64,000 nt of DNA, taken from positions 359 through 64,358 of the forward strand of contig JABDDH010000001.1 in assembly GCA_013287705.1 (NCBI GenBank), read 5' to 3'. Within the stretch, counting starts at the first letter, position 1. The number at the start of each line of letters is the position of its first letter. This DNA is from Chlamydiota bacterium. GTDB taxonomy: Bacteria > Chlamydiota > Chlamydiia > Chlamydiales > Rhabdochlamydiaceae. Under the pieces are notes generated by a model that saw only the letters and a list, made by a program, of their open reading frames with translations, searched no databases and was not told the origin of the DNA. Shown piece by piece: positions 49,270 to 59,746 of the stretch. The position numbers and the translations under genes were made by a program.

Positions 49270-52200
49270 GTGGCTTGGAATTCTCTTCGAGGAAGATCTC
49301 AATACTCTGTTTTAGAGTCTTCGGCCTCCGTACAACAGTTAGCTTCAAGAGCTGCGCAGGATCAGATGGGGGCGTTTGCCCTGACCGATTCTGGAAATCT
49401 ATATGGAGCTGTTGATTTTTTTAAGGCTTTTCGCGCAGTCGGTGTAAAACCAATTATTGGATGTACGCTTTTTCTTGCCCCCACATCACGTTTTGAAAAA
49501 AAACGTCTTCCCAATCTTCCCGCTTCTTTTCCGATTGTCTTGCTTGCCACAAACAAAGAAGGGTATCAAAACCTGTGTAAACTCAGTTCTGCCGGTTTTT
49601 TGGACGGCTTTTATTATACGCCGCGGATCGATAAAGAGCTCCTGCGTGAACATTCTAAGGGGTTGATCTGTCTCTCTAGTGGATATTCTGGAGAACTGGG
49701 GAGCGCTTTAATCCACAACCAAGAGGATCTTGCAGAGAAAACAATTCTCTTCTATCAGGAGCTCTTTGGCGAGGACTACTACTTTGAGTTGCAACGGTAT
49801 GCGATGCAAGAGGAGAGGGTAATCAACGATCAGATGACGCAAGAGTCATGGCTTTATCAGAGTTATCTCGATTTAATTAAGAATCAAGAGAAGGTTAATC
49901 GAAACCTTGTTGACTTAGGTAAAAAACATTCTGTACGTTCTGTTGCAACACACGAAGTTCTTTATTTAGAGAGAGAAGATTGGAAAGCGCATGAGATTTT
50001 GATTAATATCTCATCGGGAGAGCCTTGTGAGATTTGGGAAAAAGACTCTTTTGGGAATCCAAAGTTACGCATCAATAATCCAAAAAGACGGGTTCAATAT
50101 ACCCACGAACTCTATTTTAAATCTCAAAAAGAGATGGAACTTCTCTTTTCTGACCTTCCAGAGAGTCTAGAATCGACTCTAGAAATTGCAGAAAAATGTC
50201 ATCTGGAGCTTGATTTTAAGACGCGTTACTATCCGGTCTTTATTCCGCCGGCCTTAGAAGGTAAATCTTTTTCTTCTGATGAGCGGATAGCTTCTGTTGA
50301 ACAATTTTTGTGCGATTTGTGCAAGGAGGGAGTCTCTAAACGGTATGATGCAGAAAAACTCGCGAAGGTTTCAGAGAAGTATCCTGGGAAAAATCCACTT
50401 GATGTTGTCCAGAATAGACTCTCTTTAGAATTAGAGATCATCACTTCAAAGGGGATGGTTGACTACCTTTTGATTGTTTATGATTTTATTGCCTGGGCGA
50501 AAAAAGAGGGGATCCCGATGGGGCCAGGGCGCGGCTCAGGGGCGGGCTCGATTATTCTCTATCTGATCGGGATTACAGATATTGAACCGCTTCGATTTAA
50601 CTTATTTTTTGAACGGTTTATCAATCCAGAAAGACTCTCCTATCCCGATATTGATGTCGACATCTGTATGGAGCGGCGCCAAGAGGTGATCGACTATACT
50701 GTGCGCAAATATGGGAAGGAGAAAGTTGCTCAGATCATCACTTTTGGTACGATGAAAGCCAAGATGGCGATTAAGGATGTGGGAAGATGTTTGAGTGTGC
50801 CGCTTGCAAAGGTGAACTTAATTGCAAAACTTGTGCCTGAAGAGCTCAACATTACTCTTGAAAAGGCTCTTGAGGTCGATCCAGAGCTCCTTGGACTTTA
50901 CCAGACAGATGAAGAGGTGATGCGGCTTTTAGATATTGCTAAGAAGTTGGAAGGGTCGATTCGCAATACGGGGATTCATGCTGCAGGGCTTATTATTTCA
51001 GGAGATCCAATTACTGATCATATTCCGGTCTGTCTTGCTAAAGATTCGGGGCTTGTTGCGACTCAATATTCGATGAAGCCGGTAGAGGCTGTTGGGATGC
51101 TCAAGATCGACTTTTTGGGACTTAAGACATTGACATCGATCGATAAAGCTGTCCGTGCATTGAAAGCCTATCGGGGGATTGAGATTGATTGGGTGAATCT
51201 ACCCTTAGAGGATAGCTTGACGTTTGCACTGCTCACCCAAGGGAAAACAAATGGGATGTTTCAGTTAGAATCGTCTGGGATGCAAGAACTTGCAAAACAG
51301 CTTCATATCGATAAGTTTGAAGAGATTATTGCGGTTGGCGCCCTCTATCGGCCAGGCCCTATGGAGATGATTCCTTCTTTTATTGCCAGAAAGCATGGTA
51401 GGGAAAAAATTGAGATTGACCATCCTTTAATGCATGAGGTTTTAGCTGAGACGTATGGGATTATGGTCTATCAAGAGCAGGTTATGCAGATTGCATCGCT
51501 TCTTGCCCACTATAGTCTTGGAGAAGGTGATGTGCTACGTCGCGCCATGGGGAAAAAAGATCACAATGAGATGGCACGTCAACGAGAGAAATTTCGCGAG
51601 GGAGCCTTGAAAAATGGGATCGAGGCTGAGCTCTCCATGGCAATTTTTGATAAGATTGAGAAGTTTGCCTCCTACGGATTTAATAAGTCTCATGCTGCAG
51701 CCTATGGTTATTTGACCTATGTTACGGCGTATCTTAAGGCCCATTATCCGAGTGAATGGATGGCGGCTTTGATGACCTCTGATCGAGATGATCTTTCTAG
51801 AGTGGCTAAATTGATTCAAGAAGCGAAGTTGATGTCTATTGCCCTTTTGCCTCCCGATGTCAATGAGTCAGAAAAAGAGTTTACGGCAACAAATTCGGGG
51901 ATTCGGTTTGCACTTGCTGGAATTAAAGGGATTGGAGAAGGGGTTGTAGAGGCAATTTTAGAAGAGAGAAGCCGTAATGGGCTCTTTAAATCTCTTTATG
52001 ATTTTTTCAAACGCATTGATACTAGGCGCGTTGGAAAAAAAGCTGTCGAAAATCTGATCGAGGCAGGCTGCTTTGATTGGACTTCTTGGACGCGCCAGGA
52101 GCTTGCCCAGAGTGTTGAAGGGATGTTTCAAGACGCCTCTCGCAAGCAGAAGGAGTCAGTGCTTGGGATTGTATCCATTTTTGATTTTTTAGAAGAGACT

Positions 52201-52989
52201 CAAGAGAATCCCTTTCCTCATCCGCCGCATGTTGGAGAAAAAGTTCCGCTGCAGAAACTGCTCCGAAGAGAAAAAGAGCTTCTTGGGTTCTATTTGACAG
52301 GCCATCCTATGGATGAGTTTGCCTCTGTCTTACAGAAATTATCTATCGTGCCTTTTAGCTCTATAGCTAACTTACAAGATGGGGCACTCTTTAGAGCTGC
52401 ATTTATTGTCGATTCAGTCACAACAAGGATCTCTTCAAAGAGTCAGAAAAAATTTGCGATCTTGACAATTAGTGATGGAATCGATCATTTTGAGCTACCG
52501 ATTTGGCCAGAATTGTATCAGGAAAAAAGTCTTCTTTTGACTGAAAATCAACTGCTCTACGCAGTGCTTCAGGTAGAAAAAAGAGATGATGAGTTAAAGT
52601 TACAGTGTCACTGGCTAGGTGACTTAACCCGTGCAGATGAAGGGATGATTGCCGAGTGTGATGCAACGATGGACAAGATCCGCGCGCGTCCTAAACGCTC
52701 AGGGTTTTATGAAAAAAAACAGGCAGAGAAGGAAAGGGAGACGCCGAAGATGAAAAGAAACAAGCTTGTAATAGAGATCGATCTTGACAAAATACGGCAC
52801 ACGCAGATTCTTTCTCTTAAGAGATTATTTCGTACAGCGTCTGGGGAGATACCCGTTGACCTTGAGTTTCAGTCGCAGGGCTTGTATGTGGCAACGGTTG
52901 CAATTGGAGCTGCCTGGGGCGTAAATAGTGATAAAATAGAAGGGCAGCTGCGCTCTTTTGAAGCAATTAAAGGATGGAAAATTTTATGA
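49270..52989 (+). CDS. dnaE: DNA polymerase III alpha subunit
   Basis: 1239 aa with a PHP domain (RSQYSVLESS), GPGRGSGAGSIILYLIGIT, FNKSHAAAY and an OB-fold C-terminus. GTG start. Confidence 0.95.
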   Translation: MAWNSLRGRSQYSVLESSASVQQLASRAAQDQMGAFALTDSGNLYGAVDFFKAFRAVGVKPIIGCTLFLAPTSRFEKKRLPNLPASFPIVLLATNKEGYQNLCKLSSAGFLDGFYYTPRIDKELLREHSKGLICLSSGYSGELGSALIHNQEDLAEKTILFYQELFGEDYYFELQRYAMQEERVINDQMTQESWLYQSYLDLIKNQEKVNRNLVDLGKKHSVRSVATHEVLYLEREDWKAHEILINISSGEPCEIWEKDSFGNPKLRINNPKRRVQYTHELYFKSQKEMELLFSDLPESLESTLEIAEKCHLELDFKTRYYPVFIPPALEGKSFSSDERIASVEQFLCDLCKEGVSKRYDAEKLAKVSEKYPGKNPLDVVQNRLSLELEIITSKGMVDYLLIVYDFIAWAKKEGIPMGPGRGSGAGSIILYLIGITDIEPLRFNLFFERFINPERLSYPDIDVDICMERRQEVIDYTVRKYGKEKVAQIITFGTMKAKMAIKDVGRCLSVPLAKVNLIAKLVPEELNITLEKALEVDPELLGLYQTDEEVMRLLDIAKKLEGSIRNTGIHAAGLIISGDPITDHIPVCLAKDSGLVATQYSMKPVEAVGMLKIDFLGLKTLTSIDKAVRALKAYRGIEIDWVNLPLEDSLTFALLTQGKTNGMFQLESSGMQELAKQLHIDKFEEIIAVGALYRPGPMEMIPSFIARKHGREKIEIDHPLMHEVLAETYGIMVYQEQVMQIASLLAHYSLGEGDVLRRAMGKKDHNEMARQREKFREGALKNGIEAELSMAIFDKIEKFASYGFNKSHAAAYGYLTYVTAYLKAHYPSEWMAALMTSDRDDLSRVAKLIQEAKLMSIALLPPDVNESEKEFTATNSGIRFALAGIKGIGEGVVEAILEERSRNGLFKSLYDFFKRIDTRRVGKKAVENLIEAGCFDWTSWTRQELAQSVEGMFQDASRKQKESVLGIVSIFDFLEETQENPFPHPPHVGEKVPLQKLLRREKELLGFYLTGHPMDEFASVLQKLSIVPFSSIANLQDGALFRAAFIVDSVTTRISSKSQKKFAILTISDGIDHFELPIWPELYQEKSLLLTENQLLYAVLQVEKRDDELKLQCHWLGDLTRADEGMIAECDATMDKIRARPKRSGFYEKKQAEKERETPKMKRNKLVIEIDLDKIRHTQILSLKRLFRTASGEIPVDLEFQSQGLYVATVAIGAAWGVNSDKIEGQLRSFEAIKGWKIL

Positions 52990-53867
52990 AAAAACTACTC
53001 TTTTGCATCGGATTACCGATGATCCTCTCAGCAGAGACGCTCTCCGTTCAGGAGGAGTATAGTAACGCGATTCATTTGTATCAGATTAAAAATTGGGAGG
53101 CTCTTTTAGAAAAATCAGAGATGATCCTCAGCGAGTTTCCCGGGACTCCTTTTTCAGAAGATGCCGAATTTTATTTAGGTGTGAGTTATTTTCATTTGGG
53201 AGATCAAGAACTATCTAACGATCATTTGTCCCGTTATTTAAGAAAACAGACAGCTCCTAAGCATTTCGAGACAGCAATTGAGTATAAATTTCAGATTGCA
53301 GAGAGTTTCAAGGAAGGGGCAAAAAAACATCTGATGGGATGGAAGAAGATGCCCAAATGGGTTCCAGCAAGAGATGAGGCTCTCCAAATTTATGACGAGG
53401 TGATCACAGCACTTCCCAATCACGATATTGCGGCAAAAGCTCTCTTTAGTAAGGCAAAGCTCTTATATAGAATTGATGATTACAAGAGCTCAATTGATGC
53501 TTATCAGACATTAATTCGTAGATTTCCTAAACACCACCTATCTCCTGATAGCTACATCGGCATTGGCGCTGTTTACTTAACTCAGGCGCGTCTTGAATTT
53601 CCTGACCCCGATTTTCTTGAGCTTGCCGAAATTAACATACAGAAATTTATGCGTGATTTTCCCGGGGACAAGCGTGTTTCGGTAAATCAGGAGATGCTTC
53701 AAGAGATGCGCGAGCTCTATGCGTTGCATCTTTATGATGTAGCCAAATTCTTTGAGCGCACAAACAAACCAAAGGCTGCTAAAATCTACTATGGTAAGAT
53801 TGTAAATCAGTATCCAACGACGAAGACGGCGGAACGTGCCAAGAAACGATTTGCGAGTTTAAAATAG
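52986..53867 (+). CDS. TPR-repeat protein, BamD/YfiO-like
   Basis: A signal peptide (MKKLLFCIGLPMILSA) and repeated TPR-like helices (AEFYLGVSYFHLGD, ALFSKAKLLYRIDDY, KIYYGKIVNQYP). The assignment rests on architecture only. Confidence 0.45.
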   Translation: MKKLLFCIGLPMILSAETLSVQEEYSNAIHLYQIKNWEALLEKSEMILSEFPGTPFSEDAEFYLGVSYFHLGDQELSNDHLSRYLRKQTAPKHFETAIEYKFQIAESFKEGAKKHLMGWKKMPKWVPARDEALQIYDEVITALPNHDIAAKALFSKAKLLYRIDDYKSSIDAYQTLIRRFPKHHLSPDSYIGIGAVYLTQARLEFPDPDFLELAEINIQKFMRDFPGDKRVSVNQEMLQEMRELYALHLYDVAKFFERTNKPKAAKIYYGKIVNQYPTTKTAERAKKRFASLK

Positions 53868-54499
53868 TGAGGGCGCTAGCTTTTTTTTTTCTTATCATGC
53901 TCTCCTCTTGTGGCTACCGGTATACAGATCACCAAGAGGCCCCTATAAGAATTGATGTTCCGTATGCAACAGGAGACGTTGAAGGACAATTAACCGATGC
54001 TCTTGTCTATGCTCTGGCCTCCTCTGGACAGTTTGAATGTGTTCGTGAGGGGCAAGGCAATTGGAGTCTGTCTGCAGCCATTGTGAGTCAATCGACTCAA
54101 CCAACAGGCTACCGATATGGGACACAGGGCAACGGTAAAGATGTGACAAAGCACTTATACCAGGTGGAGGGTCGCAGTCTGTTGCGACTTAAAATCCATC
54201 TACATAATAGAACAACTGGGTCTGATCTGCTGCCTCCTTTTACAATTACGACATGGCTTGATTACGATTCGATCAATGAAGGCTCTATGAAAGATCTTTT
54301 TGTCATTGATGCAGAAGGTAAAAAAGAGCCGATTTTGCAATTTTCTCAAGGGCAGCTGGATTCTGTTGAAGGGGCAACTTCAGATCTTCTCGCGACTCTT
54401 TACAGAAAAGCCGCACAGAAAGTTATCGAAGCGATTTTGAGTAGTGATGAGATTGATCTCTCTGAAATAGATGATGATAATGAAGATGAGGAGGAATAG
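53867..54499 (+). CDS. Lipoprotein with an acidic C-terminal tail (LptE-like size; function unverified)
   Basis: Lipobox LSSC at residues 12-15. The GTG start overlaps the upstream stop. C-terminal DDDNEDEEE tail. Confidence 0.55.
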   Translation: MRALAFFFLIMLSSCGYRYTDHQEAPIRIDVPYATGDVEGQLTDALVYALASSGQFECVREGQGNWSLSAAIVSQSTQPTGYRYGTQGNGKDVTKHLYQVEGRSLLRLKIHLHNRTTGSDLLPPFTITTWLDYDSINEGSMKDLFVIDAEGKKEPILQFSQGQLDSVEGATSDLLATLYRKAAQKVIEAILSSDEIDLSEIDDDNEDEEE

Positions 54500-54567
54500 C
54501 AGCAGCAGTTTATATTTTTCGGTACTATAAGATTGATCCAGACGCTTTTGTTGAATCTGCAAAAGAG

Positions 54568-54996
54568 TTGATAGAGAAGACGCGTTATAAAAAGTGTGCT
54601 CTGTTAGAAGAAGGGCCCTTTAAGGCCGATTGTGTCACAGCCATTCATTATATTTTTAAAAAAATGCATATTGACTTTCCAGTCACATTTATCGGCAACC
54701 TGCCGCGTCTGTTATTCCAAGTGCAAAATTTTTCTTGCCGTACCGTCCAACTTGATCAGGTAAAAATGGGAGATATTGTTTTTGTCGCGAAAAAGCGTGG
54801 CATTTCGCATGTCGCCATTTTTTGGAACAACATGAATCTATTTCACTGCACTAAGGAATGTGGTGGTAGGGCGCTGCTAGAATCACATCAAGACTTTTTT
54901 TCTCGGTACCAGCAACCTCTTAAATTCGTGCCTATGTTACGCCATATCGATGCGCGTACGCGCGAAAGTGTAGAAGAAAGATTTATTGAGCCTTAA
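54568..54996 (+). CDS. Hypothetical protein, weakly NlpC/P60-like
   Basis: TTG start. It has a Cys...His...His pattern (ADCVTAIHYIF, ISHVAIF, FHCT) in the order seen in papain-like NlpC/P60 domains. This is tentative. Confidence 0.3.
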   Translation: MIEKTRYKKCALLEEGPFKADCVTAIHYIFKKMHIDFPVTFIGNLPRLLFQVQNFSCRTVQLDQVKMGDIVFVAKKRGISHVAIFWNNMNLFHCTKECGGRALLESHQDFFSRYQQPLKFVPMLRHIDARTRESVEERFIEP

Positions 54997-55433
54997 CCCG
55001 TCTCTTTTTTGTCCATGAGAGAGATCATGGCTTCGACGTCCTGAACGTCTGCTAAAAAGTTCTGGAGAATTTTTAAGATGTATTTTGGAGTGTTGTAGAC
55101 ACCAGATGTTGAAAAGACAATCTCTAGGTGAGGTGATTCTGCATGAATTAAGGAGATAAAGGTAAGGGTGGCAGTGGGATCTGCGAGTGGTTGAGGAACA
55201 ATCCAGATCGCAAACTGATCGTTGAAGAGGGTTACTTTTTCTGGAGTTTCAACGACATGAAAATAGTGGGAGAGATTATCTGTTGACAGAGATTTTTCAA
55301 ATTGTTCATGATTGAGCAGACCAAGGGAGTGGAGTAGTTGAAGATTAACTGTTGTAATCCCATCAGGAACCCATTTATTCAGATTATTGGTAAATTCTTT
55401 AAACGATTCTTCCAATCGAGCTGGGTCGATCAT
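54993..55433 (-). CDS. Hypothetical small acidic protein (146 aa)
   Basis: An intact ORF whose 3' end overlaps the 3' end of the convergent 54568..54996 ORF by 4 nt. No motif recognised. Confidence 0.45.
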   Translation of the reverse strand: MIDPARLEESFKEFTNNLNKWVPDGITTVNLQLLHSLGLLNHEQFEKSLSTDNLSHYFHVVETPEKVTLFNDQFAIWIVPQPLADPTATLTFISLIHAESPHLEIVFSTSGVYNTPKYILKILQNFLADVQDVEAMISLMDKKETG

Positions 55434-55507
55434 AGGACTCCTCTTTGGCTAATGTCTATTTTTAACCTAATCGATTTCAATAGGCTTGTCAACTTTATTA
55501 TTAAAAT

Positions 55508-56779
55508 ATGAAAATAAAACTTCTTTTCCCCCTCTTTCTTTTTGGTTTTTATTGTATTAATATTGAGGCGCTTGCGCCAAACCTTGGCGCTAAAAGTGCT
55601 ATTTTAATCAATGCCCAGACGGGAGTTGTCTTGTATGAGAAGAGAGCACATGACCCCGCTTTTCCTGCCAGTACAACAAAGATCGCAACAGCCATTTACT
55701 CTATAGAGAAGATGCAAGGTAGGCTTGATGAAATAGTGTGCGCGCAGCCAGATGCCATGGCGCAGCGTTCGTCTAAGAGCGGGGATCTGCCGTATCGGTT
55801 AACGCGCGACAGCTCGCTTATGGGGTTAAAGTTAGGGGAGGAATTGCCGTTTCGTGTGCTCCTCTATGGGCTTATGCTCTGTTCTGGTAATGATGCAGGA
55901 AATGTGATTGCGCACCACCTTTCAGGGAGCATTCCTCGGTTTATGGACGAGTTGAATCAGTACCTTCGTTCTAAAGGGCTCAAAGAGACACAATTTTATA
56001 ACCCTCATGGGTATCACTATCCAGAGCATGTGACAACAGCTTATGACCTTGCTAAAATCACCCAGTACGCCTTAAAAAACCCTCTTTTTTCTGAGATTGT
56101 TAAGACAATCCGTTATCCGCGGCCAGAGACGGCTCATAATCCTAGCTGGCAGATGGTGCAATCGAATAAACTCTTAAAGCCAGGGGCATTTTACTATCCT
56201 TACGCAATTGGCGTGAAAACGGGGTTCCATACCCCTGGCGGAGCAAATCTTGTAGCTGCAGCTGAAAAAAATGGGAGAAAGTTAATTGCGGTTCTCCTCG
56301 GCAACCCCGATAAGGATCGACGCTTTCGTGATGCCATTGCTCTTTTTGAGGAAGCCTTTGCTGAAAAAAAAGTTGATCGCAAGCTTTTCAGTAAAGGAGC
56401 TGACTCTTTTTCTTATCACTTAAAAGATGCAGCCTTCCCTATAGAGGCAAGACTTAAAAGTGACCTTGTCGTCTGCTACTACCCTTCTGAGGAGCCACAG
56501 TTGAAAGCGCGTCTTTTGTGGGACAAATGTTTGTTGCCGATTCAGGAAGAGAGTCCGGTCGGTAGCATCGAGATTGTAACTGAAGAAGGAGTTGTCGTTT
56601 GTAGAGAGCGGTTATTTGCTTTCAAAGACGTTGAAAGAACCCGTATGGCACAGATTCTATTTTTGTATCAGAGCTATAAGCGTCAGCTCTTTTTTGGCTT
56701 TGGAGGGCTGCTGATTGTTGGAGGGATTCTTTTTAGCGCACAAGCCAGCCGCAAGAAGTCATCAAAACCTAAATCTTGA
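55508..56779 (+). CDS. dacC: D-alanyl-D-alanine carboxypeptidase (S11, PBP5/6-like) with a C-terminal membrane anchor
   Basis: SxxK (PASTTKIAT), SxN (CSGNDAG) and KTG (VKTGFH) motifs, plus a C-terminal TM helix (FFGFGGLLIVGGILF). Confidence 0.88.
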   Translation: MKIKLLFPLFLFGFYCINIEALAPNLGAKSAILINAQTGVVLYEKRAHDPAFPASTTKIATAIYSIEKMQGRLDEIVCAQPDAMAQRSSKSGDLPYRLTRDSSLMGLKLGEELPFRVLLYGLMLCSGNDAGNVIAHHLSGSIPRFMDELNQYLRSKGLKETQFYNPHGYHYPEHVTTAYDLAKITQYALKNPLFSEIVKTIRYPRPETAHNPSWQMVQSNKLLKPGAFYYPYAIGVKTGFHTPGGANLVAAAEKNGRKLIAVLLGNPDKDRRFRDAIALFEEAFAEKKVDRKLFSKGADSFSYHLKDAAFPIEARLKSDLVVCYYPSEEPQLKARLLWDKCLLPIQEESPVGSIEIVTEEGVVVCRERLFAFKDVERTRMAQILFLYQSYKRQLFFGFGGLLIVGGILFSAQASRKKSSKPKS

Positions 56780-57561
56780 GGGCGCATTGTGGACGAGATC
56801 CCGGAAAGAGTGCAGGCAGCTTCAATCTCTTCCGAGGTTCGAATTTGTTTTAAGCCAACCCGGATCATCTTGCGCCTTTGCCCAAAAGCTGATCTTGTAA
56901 CTGCAAAAAAATCCTCAGGAGGTAGTTCAGGTGGTTTTTTAAGACGAATCTGGACGACAGCAGAATGGACTCCGGGGACAGGGAAGAATGAGGTCGGTTT
57001 AACCTTGAAGAAGGAGATCGGCTCTGCATAATAGCGCAAAAAGAGGGTAAGAGAGCTGTAGTCTTTGGATCCTTTTTCTGCAAAGAGGCGCAGGGCGACT
57101 TCGTATTGGACCATGAGCGTCAGTGTCTGGATCTCTTCATATAGAGGAAGAAGCTTAATTAAAATAGGTGTTGTAATCTGATAGGGAAGGTTCGCAACAA
57201 CTTTTATTTTTTGTTTGTGTTTAGGCAAGAAGCTTGAAGTGTCACAATCTAAAATGTCGCCTTGGATTACTTTGAGGCGTGCATCTTCTGTTTGAAGGCG
57301 CTCTAAGCTCGTGGCAAAGAGGGGGTCTTTTTCAACAGCCATCAGCTGCGCCCCATAGCGAAGGATCCTCTCAGAGAGGGCTCCAGGTCCAGATCCTATT
57401 TCGACGATGGCATCTCTCGGCCCCACTTCTGCGAGGGAGCAAATTTTATCTAGAATGTTGCCGTCGATGAGAAAGTTTTGGGATAACGACTTCTTTGCTC
57501 GCACGCCGAGCTCGGAGAGAAAGGCGTGGAGTGCTGAGGGTTTAAAGAGGTCTGAGGTCAA
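56683..57561 (-). CDS. rsmA: 16S rRNA (adenine1518/1519-N6)-dimethyltransferase
   Basis: KKSLSQNFLID, VEIGSGPGALS and NLPYQITTPIL motifs. A C-terminal tail of about 15 aa overlaps the 3' end of dacC. Confidence 0.9.
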   Translation of the reverse strand: MTSDLFKPSALHAFLSELGVRAKKSLSQNFLIDGNILDKICSLAEVGPRDAIVEIGSGPGALSERILRYGAQLMAVEKDPLFATSLERLQTEDARLKVIQGDILDCDTSSFLPKHKQKIKVVANLPYQITTPILIKLLPLYEEIQTLTLMVQYEVALRLFAEKGSKDYSSLTLFLRYYAEPISFFKVKPTSFFPVPGVHSAVVQIRLKKPPELPPEDFFAVTRSAFGQRRKMIRVGLKQIRTSEEIEAACTLSGISSTMRPQDLGFDDFLRLACALKRIPPTISSPPKPKKS

Positions 57562-58592
57562 TACGATAGACTAAAGGGTTCAAAGTTTTTGGGGATCATC
57601 TCTTCAAGGCTCTTATCGGTAATTCCATTGCGTGCGCGCAATTTTGGAATGTAGTTAAGAGACTGTTTTTGAATCGCCTTTTCAATCAGTTCGTCTTCTA
57701 GTTTAGCGCACATTTCTCGAAATGTTGCAGGCTTTTTTTCATTCTCTTCTTTGAGGTGAAAAATACGATAGACAATACTTTGGTCGCGACTCTTCTGAGG
57801 AATTGGCCCGCTATATTCACCCTCTTTGAGTGTGAGGAGTACCTCTTTATGAGCCTCAGAGATTGTGGTCTCATTAGATTCAAACTCTTGGGATAGGGAG
57901 ACGGTGGCTATATGGTCTTTTGTTTCGTGTTTTAGAGTCTCCGCAACGGCTACAAGACCCGTACGTGCTGTCTCTAGAAGCTGGGTTGCTTTTTCTGCCA
58001 GGTGTAATCCAATAGACGGATTATTTGCGCGCAGAGAAAGAACTTGATATTTCCACTCTTTAATCGCTGGATTTTCTTTACAATAAGCGAGATAAGCATT
58101 TTTTACATCTTGTGGATTAACGCTCTGCAGTGCATGGCCATTGACTCGATACCAGGTCATCTGCTGAACGATGAGTTCATTGCGAATCATTTCTCTCGCT
58201 TCATCTAAGGATAATCCGATTTTTTCTAAATTGACAAGGACATGAGGTCCAAAGCGTTCTTGTATCATGCTGCGGATATCGCTCTCTTGAAGTTTCATCT
58301 CTTTATCGGCAGAGTCTGCGACAATCAAGACTGAATCAACCATTTGAGAGAGGAAATAGCGCCAATTTGTCATGTAGAAAGAGTAGCGCTCTTGGGGTTG
58401 ATCCAACATTTGAGGGTAGTTCCGACTAATAAACATGTCCATCTGTTTCATGACATCAAGAACAGAAAAAGCCTTATCATCGACTTTTGCAACAATGCGG
58501 TTTTGAACAACAATCTGAGGATCGGCTTGTTCAAAAGCCGATAGAGGGGATAGAGCTAGTAGTGTTAAAAAAAAGCGACAAACTGTTTTCAT
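57558..58592 (-). CDS. SurA-N-domain-like periplasmic chaperone
   Basis: ATG 58592 has a GGAG SD and a signal peptide (MKTVCRFFLTLLALSPLSA). IVAKVDDKAFSVLDV resembles a SurA N-terminal domain. I recognise no clear parvulin motif. Confidence 0.55.
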   Translation of the reverse strand: MKTVCRFFLTLLALSPLSAFEQADPQIVVQNRIVAKVDDKAFSVLDVMKQMDMFISRNYPQMLDQPQERYSFYMTNWRYFLSQMVDSVLIVADSADKEMKLQESDIRSMIQERFGPHVLVNLEKIGLSLDEAREMIRNELIVQQMTWYRVNGHALQSVNPQDVKNAYLAYCKENPAIKEWKYQVLSLRANNPSIGLHLAEKATQLLETARTGLVAVAETLKHETKDHIATVSLSQEFESNETTISEAHKEVLLTLKEGEYSGPIPQKSRDQSIVYRIFHLKEENEKKPATFREMCAKLEDELIEKAIQKQSLNYIPKLRARNGITDKSLEEMIPKNFEPFSLSY

Positions 58593-58620
58593 ATAATTTC
58601 TCCGCTCCCCAGTATATATA

Positions 58621-59736
58621 TTAGATTCTTTTGAGTACAGCGCCGAAAAAGCCATCCATGCCTCTCTCTGTGGGAATGGATTGAAATGGTTCTTTAACAA
58701 GAGACAAGGAAAATTTTTCTTGGAAATAGGCAGTCTGTTCCTGATTTTCTTGAGGCAGTAAGCTGCATGTTGCGTAGATAATTGTCCCTTTTTGTTTTAA
58801 AAAAGAGAGCGCCTCTTCGAAGATCCGCCGCTGTTCTTCAATCAGGTTAGGAAGAGCTTCTTTGTTAAATTTCCATTTCATATCAGGATTGCGCCGCAAT
58901 GTGCCAGAACCCGTACACGGGACATCGACAAAGACCCAGTCCATTTTTCCGCGCAGCCGCTTTTTTTTCGGGTCATCATAGTGAAGAAGTTGGCAATTTT
59001 GAACGCCGGCTCTGCGTAGCCTTTTTTTTGCTTCTTCCAGCGCTCTTGGACGGATGTCGTGGAGATAGATTTGGCCGCCTCGCGTCTGTGGAGCAAAGGC
59101 AAGGGTTTTGCCTCCGGCGCCTGCGCAGAAATCTAAAATTTGGTCTCCCTCTTTTGGTTCGAGTAGATTTGCAACTAGCTGACTTGCTTCATCTTGAACT
59201 TCAAAAAGACCTTCTTTAAACTCATCCATAGCAAAAAAATTGGCTCTTTTCTCTAGGTGGATTCCTGTAGGAGATAGGTGGCAGGCTTGCGCCCCATAAA
59301 CTCCCTTCCACAAAGCAAGAAGAGCTTCTCGATCTGTTTTGAGCTCGTTTGCGCGGAGTGTGAGTGGAGCCTGAGTGTTGCTGACTCTGCAGATCTCAAG
59401 AGCTTGTTCCTCGGGATACGCCGTAGTTAACAGTTCAAATAATTGCTTGGGGAAGCTGACGCGAATATGTGGAGGAACCCGGTCTAAGGGATAATCAGAG
59501 AGGTTAAGGTAAACTTGAAGCCTGCTCTCCCAAGAGACGGGTTTTGTAGCTAAATGATCGATGAGGCCGCGCATGCGGACCATTCCATAGACTGTTTCGC
59601 TAATCCAGCGCCGGTCTTGTGCTCCAACTGATTTGTGTGTCCGGAAGTAGTGGCTTAAAAAAAGATCTAGAGGCCCTTTGTGAGTCTCAAAAAGGGTGAA
59701 AATTGCGACGAGATGGTGTGTGCGAAATGGATTCAT
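58621..59736 (-). CDS. rsmB: 16S rRNA m5C methyltransferase (RsmB/Sun family)
   Basis: DFCAGAGGKT, VDVPCTGSGTLRRNPD and IIYATCSLLPQEN motifs. Confidence 0.88.
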   Translation of the reverse strand: MNPFRTHHLVAIFTLFETHKGPLDLFLSHYFRTHKSVGAQDRRWISETVYGMVRMRGLIDHLATKPVSWESRLQVYLNLSDYPLDRVPPHIRVSFPKQLFELLTTAYPEEQALEICRVSNTQAPLTLRANELKTDREALLALWKGVYGAQACHLSPTGIHLEKRANFFAMDEFKEGLFEVQDEASQLVANLLEPKEGDQILDFCAGAGGKTLAFAPQTRGGQIYLHDIRPRALEEAKKRLRRAGVQNCQLLHYDDPKKKRLRGKMDWVFVDVPCTGSGTLRRNPDMKWKFNKEALPNLIEEQRRIFEEALSFLKQKGTIIYATCSLLPQENQEQTAYFQEKFSLSLVKEPFQSIPTERGMDGFFGAVLKRI

Positions 59737-59746
59737 TCGGGTAGTA

